Positions 25,401-37,300 of a stretch of 64,000 nt of DNA are shown here, piece by piece. This DNA comes from Thecamonas trahens ATCC 50062. Lineage: Eukaryota > Protista > Apusomonadida. Below the pieces are notes generated by a model. It was not told where the DNA came from and made no database searches. It was given only the letters and a program-made list of their open reading frames with translations. The first letter of the stretch is position 1, and every line of letters starts with the position of its first letter. A program made the translations under genes and the position numbers. Location: contig NW_013657643.1 of NCBI RefSeq assembly GCF_000142905.1, forward strand, positions 80,054 to 144,053, given 5' to 3'.

Positions 25401-25595
25401 CTGTTGCAACGCAGCGGTGTAGGCGGCGAGGGCGGCCGCGAGCTTGTGGGCGAGGGTCTCAGCAGCCTCATACGCCTCAACAGGTAACTCTCCTGGCACA
25501 TGTTCTCCTCGTAGTGGGGATACTGTGTCCGACGGTCTTCCCGACATCTGGCCCTCTTCGCCAAGTGCGGTATGCGAACCTTGCCATGCCCGCAT
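7444..25595 (-). CDS. Giant LRR + Ala/Glu-rich tandem-repeat protein (~5,700-6,000 aa), split by apparent frameshifts and a gap
   Basis: ORFs 24675-25595, 19567-24660, 19448-19675, 13278-19445 and 7444-13290 can be chained by 1-nt shifts and the gap region. The N-terminal LRR block (LEELNLSRNELTDLPPQIGLLASLVKLNVSHNALTSVP...) lies at ~23780-24220. The start is uncertain (ATG 25595 or 24645). Confidence 0.75.
10250..18720 (-). repeat. Coding tandem array: ~13 copies of a 528/531-bp unit (176/177 aa) interspersed with 3 copies of a 486-bp unit (162 aa)
   Basis: Unit A begins ALKAELAEAQAEIARLL...EKRIARREADARL. Unit B begins ELEAARAMMARVVGTDVAEAA. Copies are near-identical at the DNA level. Confidence 0.92.
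13137..13250. other. Assembly gap
   Basis: N run within the repeat array. Confidence 1.
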
Positions 25596-26316
25596 GCTCC
25601 GCCATGCGGCACTCGAGTCGGTTCGCCAGTTTCACCTGGCGAAGCCTCTGCAGATCGACCAGGCCCCAGAGCCCAAGTGGCAACATCCAGTGTGGCGGAC
25701 TTTGCTCATCATCGCAGCTTGATGGCGACAACGGTTGGTCACGTCGGACTTTTGGCTGGTTGTTGCGGACAGAGACTGAAGCTTGCAGGCGCAGGGCGAT
25801 GCGGTGGGCGAGCAGGGGCAGGTTTCGCTTTAGATGCCGCTGCCCGTCTGCCCACTACGAACTGTTAGAAGCGCACGCACAACCGATACAGCCCCGCGTA
25901 TGCTCACTACCCTAATAGGCTCCTCGTTCAACTATCTCCTGTCGCATGAGCACCTTTCTCCCCCTCGATTGGTTCCACACCTCCACGTCTCCGTCCCCGT
26001 CGCTGTCCCCTCAGCCCTTTTCTCCAACCTCCTCCCTTCAATCACCATCATCACCACCATCGCCACCACCATGGTATCCCACCACTATCCACCACTGTCA
26101 CCATCAAAACAACCACTGCCACCGCGTCTGCCACCGCCTTTACCATCACGATCACCATCGCCGCCACCATCATCCTTCCTTTACCTCCGAACCCTCCCCC
26201 CTCCCCTCTTCCTCACCCAAAACACGCGCCAACCCATGCCGGGCGCCTTTCACCGCCCACCACCCCGCTCCCCGCACACACACACGCACGCACACACATA
26301 CGCACAGGAGACCGCC

Positions 26317-28062
26317 ATGAGTGCTGCCGAGGGAGAGTTTGAGGGACTGCATTTGCAAGTCGAGGACCCCGGTGTGGTGTGGGAAAAGGTGGAGATGCTG
26401 GGCGAGGGCGCGTATGGGTATGTGTTCAAGGCCCGCCACCGCAAGACGGCCGAGGTGGCGGCCATCAAGGTCATCCCGCTGACCGATGGAGGGGTGGGCC
26501 TGGCAGCCATCAAGAAGGAGGTGGCTATTCTCTCGGCCTGCGATCACTCGAACATTGTCAAGTTCTTTGGCTCGTATCTCAAGGACAACGAGCTGTGGAT
26601 CGCTATGGAGTACTGCGGCGGCGGCTCGGTCCAGGACATCTACGCTGCGCTCCGCGCCCCGTTTCGCGAGGACCAGATCGCACTCATTCTGCGCGAGGTC
26701 CTGCTTGGTCTCGACTATTTGCACTCGCTCAAGAAGATCCACCGCGACATCAAGGGCGGTAACGTGCTGCTCACCGAGCACGGTCAGGTCAAGCTCGCCG
26801 ACTTTGGCGTCTCTGCCCAGCTCAACAACACCTTTTCAAAGCGCGTCACCTTTATCGGCACTCCGTACTGGATGGCGCCCGAGGTCATCTACGAGGAGGA
26901 GACCTATGACGGCCGCGCAGACATCTGGTCTCTGGGCATCACAGCCATCGAGATGGCCGAGCTCGCTCCGCCGCACGCCAACGTCCACCCGATGCGCGCC
27001 CTGTTTATGATCCCGACCGGCCCGCCGCCGCGCTTCCGCCAGCCTGCCCGCTGGTCCGCTGCCTTTCGCGACTTTGTCAAGCGCTGCCTGACCAAGAACC
27101 CGGAGCACCGCCCCACCGCTGCAGAGTGCCTACAGCACCCGTTTGTGACCAACACCCGCCACCGCGCCATCCTCCTCGAGCCGATAGAGCGCGCCAAGCG
27201 CATTCGTGCCCTTCTCGCTGCCAACATTCCGCTAGACTCGCCCGAAATGCGAGCAGCACTTGCCGAGCCATCGCCGGGCCTCCTTCCGGCACTCGCCCCA
27301 ACACCGGCGCCGCGCTCGCCTCCGCGCTCGCCTCCGCGCTCGCCTCCGCGCTCGCCTCCGCGCTCGCCTCTGCGCTCGCCTCTGCGCTCGCCGCACCACC
27401 CAGCTCGCGACCACGCGGCAAAGGCGTCGCCAGTCTCGTCCTATGAGCCGTCGTTTTCGACCGCCGACTCACTCTCGGACGAGCTTCTCCACGACTCGGC
27501 CTCGGACACCCTGCACTCACACGACTCGTCGGACACCGAGCTCTTTCGCGACTCGCTGCGAGAGGTGGTCAAGACTGCGCGTCAGCTCGAGTCAGAGGCC
27601 GCGGCGCGTGGTCCAGTGAGCGATGCCCTGGCGGTCAAGTACCAAGAAGCGGCCGGCGCTGTCAGTGCACTACAGGCGTCGAGCCAGGCGCAGGAGGCCA
27701 AGATGCAGACAACACTCTCGGAGCTGGCCGGCCTCAAGGCGCTGTACCTGGAGACGTTGACCAAGCACCGCTCTGCTGCGGCCGACAACGCCCGCCTCGC
27801 AGCCAAGCTTGCCGCTACCGAATCGGCCCTCGCCGCCGCTGAAGCCCGCAACCTCGAGCTCCACCAGGCCCTCGCCGCGCCCACCACCCCGCCGCAGTCC
27901 AAGCCGTCGCACACCGCCCTCCTCGCCCGCAACAACGAGCTCACTGCCGAGCTCAACAACCTGCGGACCGAGCTCATGCTCGCCAACCTCGAGGTGCAAA
28001 AGCTGCGCATCCGCATCGGTCTCAACTCCGCCACCGCCGCCGCATCCCCTGCCTCGCCTTAA
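26317..28062 (+). CDS. Ste20-family (GCK/MST/MAP4K-like) Ser/Thr kinase with C-terminal coiled coil
   Basis: Motifs LGEGAYGYV, AIK, HRDIKGGN, DFG and the Ste20 signature GTPYWMAPEV. A possible upstream ATG micro-exon (26071-73; intron 26074-26307) is unverified. Confidence 0.93.
   Translation: MSAAEGEFEGLHLQVEDPGVVWEKVEMLGEGAYGYVFKARHRKTAEVAAIKVIPLTDGGVGLAAIKKEVAILSACDHSNIVKFFGSYLKDNELWIAMEYCGGGSVQDIYAALRAPFREDQIALILREVLLGLDYLHSLKKIHRDIKGGNVLLTEHGQVKLADFGVSAQLNNTFSKRVTFIGTPYWMAPEVIYEEETYDGRADIWSLGITAIEMAELAPPHANVHPMRALFMIPTGPPPRFRQPARWSAAFRDFVKRCLTKNPEHRPTAAECLQHPFVTNTRHRAILLEPIERAKRIRALLAANIPLDSPEMRAALAEPSPGLLPALAPTPAPRSPPRSPPRSPPRSPPRSPLRSPLRSPHHPARDHAAKASPVSSYEPSFSTADSLSDELLHDSASDTLHSHDSSDTELFRDSLREVVKTARQLESEAAARGPVSDALAVKYQEAAGAVSALQASSQAQEAKMQTTLSELAGLKALYLETLTKHRSAAADNARLAAKLAATESALAAAEARNLELHQALAAPTTPPQSKPSHTALLARNNELTAELNNLRTELMLANLEVQKLRIRIGLNSATAAASPASP
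27310..27393 (+). repeat. 12-bp tandem repeat encoding (P/L)RSP x7
   Basis: c(c/t)gcgctcgcct repeated within the kinase linker. Confidence 0.9.
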
Positions 28063-28107
28063 TCATCTGCCATCCTCGCACGTTGCGTTTACCCGGCCGC
28101 CTCCCTC

Positions 28108-28362
28108 CTACTTGGAGCCGGCCTTGAGCATCGACTCGAAGCTCGCTCTGTCCGAGCCGTCGATCATCATCCCGCACTTGATGCATCGCCCCTGCACCGC
28201 GCAGCAATCGGTGCAGAACGGTGAGGTCTGCATGGCGCCCTGGTTGATGGTCACGCCTGCCATGCATCCATCGCCCTCGCACACGGCCGGCTTCGGAGGC
28301 GCAGCGCCTGGCAGGTACTCGCGCGGCTCGTCGCGGCAACGCTGGCAAATGCTCTCACTCAT
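28108..28362 (-). CDS. Small Cys-rich zinc-binding protein (CRIPT-like C-terminal motif), 84 aa
   Basis: MSESICQRC...VCEGDGC...FCTDCCAVQGRCIKCGMMI, giving four CxxC-like pairs. Confidence 0.6.
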   Translation of the reverse strand: MSESICQRCRDEPREYLPGAAPPKPAVCEGDGCMAGVTINQGAMQTSPFCTDCCAVQGRCIKCGMMIDGSDRASFESMLKAGSK

Positions 28363-28471
28363 GGTAACAGCCTGTTTGTCTGCTGTCTTGGTAGGGGAGG
28401 GAGGGGCTTCTGTGGCGACAAGCCGTGTGGTGAGCGGTGTGGTGATTGGTGCGGGTGGGGGGGGGGGGGGG

Positions 28472-28748
28472 NNNNNNNNNNNNNNNNNNNNNNNNNNNNN
28501 NNNNNNNNNNNNNNNNNNNNNNNNNNNNNNNNNNNNNNNNNNNNNNNNNNNNNNNNNNNNNNNNNNNNNNNNNNNNNNNNNNNNNNNNNNNNNNNNNNNN
28601 NNNNNNNNNNNNNNNNNNNNNNNNNNNNNNNNNNNNNNNNNNNNNNNNNNNNNNNNNNNNNNNNNNNNNNNNNNNNNNNNNNNNNNNNNNNNNNNNNNNN
28701 NNNNNNNNNNNNNNNNNNNNNNNNNNNNNNNNNNNNNNNNNNNNNNNN
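28472..28748. other. Assembly gap
   Basis: N run flanked by poly-G. Confidence 1.
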
Positions 28749-28929
28749 GGGGGGGGAGAGCGAGGGGAGGGACTAGTCGCTCCCACCACGGCCTCGCTGC
28801 CTCCTGCTCCTTACACATCCCACATCGCTTATCGCGCACCGTACCGCGGCTCTTCGACACAGTAACAGTCACGGCCACGACGAGATCCACCCGCCATAGA
28901 GGAGGAGCGACGGAGGATCGGGCCCGTCA

Positions 28930-29060
28930 ACACCACCACCATCACCGCGACCCATCACCACCATCACCACCATCATCACCACCATCATCACCACCACCAT
29001 CACCACCACCATCATCATCACCACCATCATCACCACCAACCATCATCATCACCACCACCG
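28930..29060. repeat. (CAC/CAT)n trinucleotide low-complexity repeat
   Basis: Directly visible. Confidence 0.9.
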
Positions 29061-29266
29061 CCGCTGCCGCCATACACCCATGCCCAGCCATCGACCAGTC
29101 CTTACCTCCTCACCCGATTCCGGCAAACGCACCGCTCCGTTTGTTCGGCAGCCGAATAACTCAGACCACACACCCACACCCGCAGCCGCAGCCGCAGTCG
29201 CAGCCACAACCACCGCTATCGCCACCCCACTCCACCAGCCCACCACTCCCCTCCTCTCGCCTCCAC

Positions 29267-32200
29267 ATGGCTTCTCGTCCTCTGCTATGCTCTGGCATGT
29301 GGCTGTTCCTCTTGTGCTGCCTGGTCGCCCTGCTTGCTACCGCCGCACTTGGCCAGAGCCTCCCCGACGATGCGGTCGTTCTGCTCGACGTGGACATCCT
29401 GGCACCCGAGGCTGAGCTTGCTGGCGAGTATCGGGTCTTTGCGCACTCGAGCTACGAGATCCAGGTAGTGGCCTATGTCCGCGAGGGTGGCACAGACAAG
29501 TTCTGCGATGGATCTGGCTGTGCCATCGATCTAGGCTTCTCCGTCCCGCTCGGCACCGTCTCGTACGTCGCCGTCACCTCGTCCATCGTCTCGCGGCAGA
29601 CCGTGACCTTTGACACGCCGGGCTACTACACGCTCAATGTCTCGGCCACCTATATTGATACCGGCGCGGGCTCTATCAACGAGGACGACCACGCGCTCAG
29701 CTATCGCTTGCTCGACAAGCCCATCCACGCCGTCGCCCAGCCGGTCGCCTCGCTCAGCTTTCCGCTCGCCACCTCGGTGACGGCAGCCACCCCATTCGCC
29801 ACCCTGGTCTCGTTCACCGCCTCGGACGACAATACCACGTTCCACTCGGTCGCTCTCTCGCCGGCCGCCCATCTCGCCTCCTCCATCGGCTCTGAAATCC
29901 TCAACGAGCGCATCGACGTCATCGCCGCAGCCTGGCCGGTGGTCTTTGTCAACGAGCACCTGGTTGCCAGCGCCGCCACCACGTACTCCCTCATTCACAC
30001 CACCACCTCGTCGCTTGGTGGTACGAACACAACCATCTACCCTTCCGCCATTACTGTCTACCCGGCTCCGGCCATCGCCTCGGCTCTAGTCCCGCCCTCC
30101 GGCTCGTCCCGCACCACTGCCTCCACCCTTGCCCTCCCGCTCCAGGTGTACATCGATCCGGCAACGGGCGTTCCGCCCTACACCTACTCAGTCTCCATCT
30201 GGTCGGCCGACGGCTCGGCAGAGCTCCTTCCCAATGTTGTTGCTGATGTGGTGAGTCCGGCCTCGCGCTCAGATTCCGCCTACAATGCTTCGTTCCCGCT
30301 CCCAGTCTCGGCTTTTGCCGCCGTCACGCTCCCGCACGACGTCGTTGCAAGGGTCACCCTTGTCGACGCCGCCGGCGCGCCCGCCACCTCAGTCGGCCAA
30401 TCACTTCCAATCACCGTCGTTCCGCCAGCTACCGTCATTGGCTCCGTCACTCCTCTGGTGCCCTCCCCCGCGCTCCTCACCGCCGGTGCCACCATTGCCG
30501 TCTCTGTCGATCGTGACCCCGCCCACCCGCTTGCAGGCTCCGACCCGTTCACTGCGTCGTGGGACATTGTCCGGCTCTCCGACGGCGCAGTCTTCTCGCT
30601 TGCTGCGGCCACCACGGCTTCGCCGCTCAACATCACCCTCGACCCATCGATCCTCGCATCGCCGACCGACGCTGCCGCTTTCAACATCACCCTCTCCGTC
30701 GTCGACTCGGCTGGCGTCACCGCTGTTGCCTCGGTCCCCGGCTGGTCGCCCACCACTGTCGCTCCGCAGCCGCAGGCCGCCATCGCCCTCCCACCGTCGG
30801 CGTCCGCCCCGGTTAGCGTCGCCCACACCGGCTCGATCACGGTGGATGCTTCTGTCACACACGGCATCGCGCCCTACGCTGCCACTATCTCGCTCCGCAA
30901 TCCCGCGGCGCCGACTGTTCCCGTCTTCTCCTACAACGTGGTTCTCGCTAACTCGTCCGTCACAAAAGTCACCTTTGCGCTGCCCGACTCAATTCCGCCG
31001 GCTTCGGACTACCGCCTTGCTCTCGATGCCGTCGACATGCTTGGCGTCACCGCCTCGGTCATCAACGCCGCCGCCACCGTCTCGGTCTACTCGCGCCCCA
31101 ACGCGACCCTCGCTCTGGATGCGCCGGGTGCTGTCGTCACCGAGGGCACTTCTGTTGCGCTCACCGTCGCTCCGGCCGCTGGTGCAGGCATCGGCGCGCC
31201 GTACGCGCTTGTCTTCTCCCTCCTTGACGCCAACACGCTTCAAGTACTCTCCGCAAATCTAGCAACTGCGACCTACGCCTCGGGCACGGCGCCCATGGAC
31301 ATCTCAATTCCACTGGGGGCTAGCTGGCCGGCGCCGTCACTTCTCACTGGCCTTGCTACCGTCCCGGCCTCGGTCCGCCTCGGTGTTGTCCTCACCGACG
31401 CCTCGGGTGCTGTCTCGGCCCGCATCGTCACCCCGGCGTCAATCTCGCTGGCTGCCCAGCTCGCCGCAGCCATCGCGCCGGTCAATGGCGTCGGTGCCAC
31501 CACCGCTACAATCCCCACAGCCATCGCCGTTGAAGCTGTCACAGGCGGCGTCGCGCCGTACATCTACGCGTGGTCGGTCGGAAACTCTGACAGCCCGCCG
31601 ACCATGACACCGATCGTCGGCAACTCGCCCAACATCTCGTTTACCTTTGACCCCAGCTATCTGCCCGCGCCGGGTGTCTCTGGCACCGCTGCGATCCGGC
31701 TGCTAGTGACCGATGCCACCGGCGCGTCGATTGTCGCCAACGCCAGCGTCACCGTCGCGCCCTCGCCGCATGTTTCGGCGCTTGCCTTGGCCCCGGCCCT
31801 CTTTTCCGCCACCGCCCCGCTCACACTATCGGGGTCCATCACTGCTGGCGTCGCGCCCTACTCGGTCTCGCTGCGGCCGTACACTCGCGAAGGCGTCGCC
31901 ATCCCGCTGCCGGACACTCTGCTCGCCGCGCTCACTTTTGAGCTGGCCCGCGGCTCGGCGTTCTCGCTCACAACTACCCTCAACGACACCTTTATCGATG
32001 TGCTTGCTGCAGCCGGTGTGTCCACAGCCAGCGATGGTGGACTTGAGCTCTCCTTCCGCGCCACCGTGGTTGACGCCGCAGGTGCCACCGCTGTCATCGA
32101 TGGCTCGGGCACCAACATCGACGCAACTGCCTACCGCGCGCCCACTGTTGCGCTACAGGTCCCGGCCACCCCAGTGCCGAACCGCTCAAACGCGTCGCTG

Positions 32201-32988
32201 GTCGGCCACTCGGTTGTCGGCGGTGTGCCGACAGGCACGTGGACCTTTGCATTTGCCGTCGGCGATGGCACGTCTCTCTACGGGTTGTTTGTGACAACAA
32301 CGTCGAACATTCCGCAGCCACTTGCCTCCATCGCCGCACCGGTCCCGCTTGCGGTCCCTGATGCCATTCTCGCCGACGGCGTACGCCTCCCCGCCACCCT
32401 CACCGTCACGGATCCATCGGGCGCCATCGCCGTCGCCACCGCTGTTCTCACCGTCGAGCCTAGTGTCAGCGAGACCTTTGCGCCCGCGTCGTCCTCGTCT
32501 CCGTCTGGCCCGGACACAACGCTCATTTTCATCATCGTTGGTGCCGTTGCCGGCTGCTGCTGTCTCATCCTCATCCTCCTCGCTCTGCTCTACTTTCTCC
32601 GCACACGGGCTCGGTCCGACGATGACAAACCGGCCAAAAGACAGCGGCGCGGCACCCGGCCTCATGCTCGCTCTCCGACTCCACGTCCGGTGCGCTCGAG
32701 GCTGCCTTTGACGGCACCGTCGACACTGTTGACACCGACGGTGTCCTCACCAACGTCACGCTGCACGATCTATTCAAGGATGTGCTCAATGCTGTCGAGG
32801 ATGCTGAGGCCTACATCGAACACCGCCAGTCGCGCACGGACGACTGGTCGTCTGCTTCATCATGCGACCCGCGGTATCTCGCCATCAGCGATACCGGCCC
32901 CGCCTCGACCATCATCGATGCCTCGGTCTCTTCATCGACTGCAGACTCGTCGTTTGATCAGATGTGGTCCGCCTCCTCCAGCAGATGA
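29267..32988 (+). CDS. Type I membrane protein with tandem Ig/PKD-like beta-sandwich repeats (frameshift near 32636)
   Basis: Signal peptide MASRPLLCSGMWLFLLCCLVALLATAALG. Recurrent GxxPYxxS...V(T/V)DAxG motifs. TM segment IFIIVGAVAGCCCLILILLALLYFL followed by basic residues. The tail continues in the -1 frame (…LHDLFKDVLNAVEDAEAYIE…) to TGA 32986-88. Confidence 0.8.
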
Positions 32989-33128
32989 CAATACTGGGCG
33001 CACATACACACACGCTTACACTAGTGTCACGCGCACGCACACACACTCTCTCTCTCTCCCTCTTTCTCTCTTTGATTCCTCACCTCTTGCCCAGCACTGC
33101 CCTTTGATGCCGCGATGCCCCCCCACAC

Positions 33129-33907
33129 ATGTCGCTCGAATGGCGATTGTGGGTCGCCGCCACCGACACAGCCGCCCATGCCGCAGTCTTGGACATGGTC
33201 GCCCCGCTTGTAGGGGTCACCGACGATGACCTCGACGCCTCCTATCCCTCGCACCTGTCTTCTCCAGGCCTAGAGCGCCGCGTTGACACCTACTATGCTT
33301 TCGCCGGCTGTGAGGCCTGCGGCGTCAAGCTCCGCTCCGGCACTCGCCTCGAGGCCAAGATCCTCCGTATGTGACTGCCCTTCCCACCAACATCATTCCC
33401 ATCCCCACCCCACACACTCACACTCATCTGCCGTAATACTGCTCAGTCGAGACGGGCGAGGGTGGTGTCGAGCTTTGGCGCAAGGTCCGTGCGCCGCCGC
33501 CGGCTTCCGAGTCGCCGGCCCATGTCGCACTCGCCTTGGAAGACATACTCCCGGAAGCCGCGGCGGCCTTGCGGAACGCTGTGGAGCTGACTGAGAAACC
33601 GCAGTCGATGCGTATTGATACCGTCAAGCGTCGCCGGTCGGCCAGTGTCGCCAACGCCTGGATCGAGCTCACCCGTGTCGAGCTCCTCTCCCACTTGGGT
33701 GCGCAGCTGTGGAACGGCATCACGGTTGCCATCGAGGCCAGAAGCTCGGGCAGCGTACTCGACTGCGCCCAATCTCTTGGTCTTGCACGCCTCGTCGACG
33801 CGAACCCATCCATTGTTATGGCCTCATACCCCGCCTTCATCGCTGCTCAAGCCCTGACTGAGGACACCGGCGATGCTCCATCCTCATCAGCCATGGTTGA
33901 TGAGTAG
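33129..33907 (+). CDS. CYTH-like (triphosphate tunnel) protein; exon 1 33129-33366, intron 33367-33446, exon 2 33447-33907
   Basis: A GTATGT...CAG intron joins two short ORFs in frame. Motifs MSLEWRLW, RRVDTYY, GVKLRSG..LEAK, ELWRK, KRRR, ELTRV, AIEA and SYPAFI match the CYTH strand pattern. Confidence 0.7.
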
Positions 33908-34163
33908 CACTTCTGATCCACTCACTTGTGATTCACTCTCAGGCCCCGTGTACCCTTTATGCGCTGGCCCCCAACCGGCCGCTACAGTACAGAGGAAGTG
34001 CCGCTGCGTCAACGATGGGCACCATGACCGAGAAAATAATTGCTCACCTCCCTACTCCAGTCACATCACGCCATTTTGCCGAGCCAATTCTTCGTGAGCC
34101 ACTTCTCTCTTCCCCCCCTCCACCACCACTACCGCCACCCACGACCGGCACCCTACCACCTGC

Positions 34164-34165
<2 letters not shown>

Positions 34166-34203
<38 letters not shown>

Positions 34204-34237
34204 CACACACACGCACGCACGCACACACACACACACA
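34166..34237. repeat. (CA)n microsatellite
   Basis: Directly visible. Confidence 0.95.
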
Positions 34238-34311
34238 CCTCCCCTTCCCCCCCCAAAAAAAAAACCCCAAACCCCCAAACCCCCCAACCCTGCTTTGCTG
34301 GAAACCTGCAT

Positions 34312-37300
34312 ATGGCCCGCTTTCGTTGCCGACCGGGTATTGGCCTCACACGCACGGCACTGGCCGCTGTTCTACTTGCTCTCGCTCTGCTCACGGTAGA
34401 AGTCATCGGTGCAGTACAAAGCACGTCCTGGAGGTCCGTCTCCTCTTCCAGAACACGGGGCTCACCATCTGTTCAGGAATGGTCTGGCGTGTCGAACATC
34501 GAGGGCACCACAGCCAGTTTTGCCCATGTCGCCCTCGACGGCTCCGGCACCGCCAGCGATCAAGCGGCCAAGTACATCTGCGGCATGAACTTGGCCGGCT
34601 CGGTGCCGTTGGGTATGGTCCTGACAGGCATTGAGGCGCGTATCAAGGTCCAGGTTGATCCTAACTGGAACGATGCGGGAACGTCCGACGTCCGCGTTAC
34701 TCACGCACGCTTCTTCTACACGCCCGGCTCGTTTGTCGAGAAGACAACGATTGGCAACGTTCCCACCACCGCGGGGTGGGTCACAGCCGGGTCAGCACAG
34801 ACACCTGGAATGTTCCGACAAAGATGACCGAGTCCACTTGGAGCAGCCTGGAAATGTGTTTCCGCATCAAGGACTTTACCAACTGTGGTGCTACCTGTGG
34901 CTTCAACGCGCATCGCGCGTACGAGCTCCACGTCAAAGCCAGCTACAATGACGATCCCACTCGCTGCCCGATCCAGGTCATTCCTGGGGTCACTCTCGCC
35001 TGCCCCAAGGCTCAAGCGTATAGTTCAGTGTGTACCGCCACGGCCAACATGGGCTACGAGATTATTGGTGATACGTCGACCACCTGTGGTGCTGATGGCA
35101 GCTGGTCGCCATCGATATCAGCGAGCAAGCTGTCGCCATACTGTCCTGTTCCGGCCACCACCGCGGCCTACTCTACGAGCTCGTGCACCGGTGAGCTCGA
35201 CACGTCGTGTACCATCACTTGCAACAGTGGCTACGGCAGCCCGGCGAACGCAAATTCGGGTACTTGCCTCGCCAGCACGTCGTCAGCCGGTCAGTGGACT
35301 AATGACCCTTGGAACCCAGCGTGCTACAAGATCCATGACTGGTGCCCAGCCCTTCCGTCAGTGGCCGACGGTGTGATTTCCTGCACCACACCGGCCTCAC
35401 GTCGGATCGGCGATATTTGTGCCTTGACCTGCAACACCGGGTACGCTCCAGCCGGTTCGTCCACGCGCCAGTGCTCTGGCTCGCGCGCGTGGAGCGGCAG
35501 TAGTCATTTCGCCTGCGCCAGTACCCCCAACTTTTGCAGTCCCATCACAGGCGCAAACTCGTCGCCGACCCAGTCGTGCAACGGATACATCAACGAGGTC
35601 TGCTCTTTTGCATGCGTCGACGGCTACCAGGACACCGAGAGCTATACCTGCCAGAGCAACACGAACTGGTCGCCATCGAATACAGGCTCTTGTACCATCG
35701 TCAATGGGTACTGTCCAGCACTCGCAGTGCCAAGCAACGGCAACGCCATTTCTTACTCAAACCCGAACCGCGTCATCAACACCGTCGCCACCCTCGGCTG
35801 CAACAATGGATATACTCCGACCGGCGGAGATGCGACCCGCGTTTGTCAGGTCGGTGGCGTCGGAGTCGGCCAAGGATTGTGGGAGACGCCGCTCTCTGCA
35901 TGCGGAAGAGTCAACAACTACTGCACTGTGTTCACCGTCGCCAACGCTGTTGTCTCGGGCGGCTGCGGCCGCCGAGTCGCAGACTCGTGCTCGTACACCT
36001 GCAACCCAGGCTATGTTGACGCCTCTACCGGCAGTGCCACGTGCTCACCCAGCACCGCGTCGTTTGGCGTCTGGAGTCCAACCTCGGTCTGCGACACCGT
36101 CGCCAACTACTGCCCCGCCGCACCTGCTGTTGCTAACGGTGTCGTCTCATCGCCCAATCGCGAGATCGGCGACTCTGCCACGCTCACCTGCAACTTTGGA
36201 TACCAGCCGGTCGGCGGTGTCTCCACGCAGCTGTGCTCTGAAGGTGGAGCTACTGCCGGGACCGGCACATGGGCGCCAACCCTCGCATGTGAGCGCAAGC
36301 CTGACTACTGCGATACCCTCTCCGTGAGCAAGGCTGCTGTCAACACCCCGTGCGGCCGCCTTGTTGGCGACTCGTGCACGTACTCCTGCAATGTCGGCTA
36401 CGAAGACACATCGACTGGGTCAACCACCTGCTCCATCGTCGATGCCACCTCGGGTGCCTGGAGCCCAACGCCTGGATGTGTCATCACTGCCGGCTACTGT
36501 CCAGTCCTCGCCGCTCCACCGTCCGGAACCATTTCCTACGGATCTACCCGCCACTACATGGACGTTGTCACGTTGACTTGCAATACGGGATACATTCCCA
36601 CCGCCGCTCACACTCAGCGTACTTGCCAGGCGAATCAGGCCTGGAGTGGAAACGCGTTCTCCTGCTCACCGCAACCCAACTACTGCTCGGCTCTATCCGT
36701 CGGTAACGGTGTTCCTGACGGAGGCTGTGTCCGCGAGATCACCCAGTCCTGCTCCTACTCGTGCAACGCCGGTTACCAGGCTGCCAATGCTGGCTCGACC
36801 ACGTGCACCGTCGGGCCAGCATGGTCGCCACCCACCCAATGCTCCACCTTTTCGGGCTACTGCCCGTCGCTCGCCACGCCCACAAACGCCATCGGTATCA
36901 GCTATGCCTCCGGCCGCGAGCTCGGCGACCTTGCCACCCTCTCCTGCACCGACGGCTACGAGCCGTCGGCTGGCCAGTCGACCCGAACTTGCGGTCCCGG
37001 GGGTGCTGGAGTTGGCGACGGCACCTGGTCCGACTTGCCATTTGCCTGCGTCCGCAAGCCAGACTACTGTGTCCCGCTCTCGGTCGCAAATGGTGTCGAG
37101 ACGCCCGGCTGTGGTCACAAGATCGACGACGTCTGCGCCGTCACTTGTTCTAGCGGCTACGAAGACTCGAGCGCATCCGGTCCGGATTATACCTGCCAGG
37201 CTGCTTCCCAGTTGAGCGGAGCATGGTCCGGCTCGCCGTTGTGCACCAAGATCTCCGGCTACTGTCTCGTCATTCCTCCACCGGCATTCGCGATAGGCAT

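Noticed and set aside
25370-25860. Possible further 5' extension of the giant LRR gene via additional frameshifts
   Set aside because: The candidate frames lack recognisable motifs and cannot be supported without transcripts.
27809-29266. N-terminal part of the 1806-aa ORF
   Set aside because: Read-through across the kinase 3' end, an antisense gene, a gap and microsatellites. The real start is ATG 29267.
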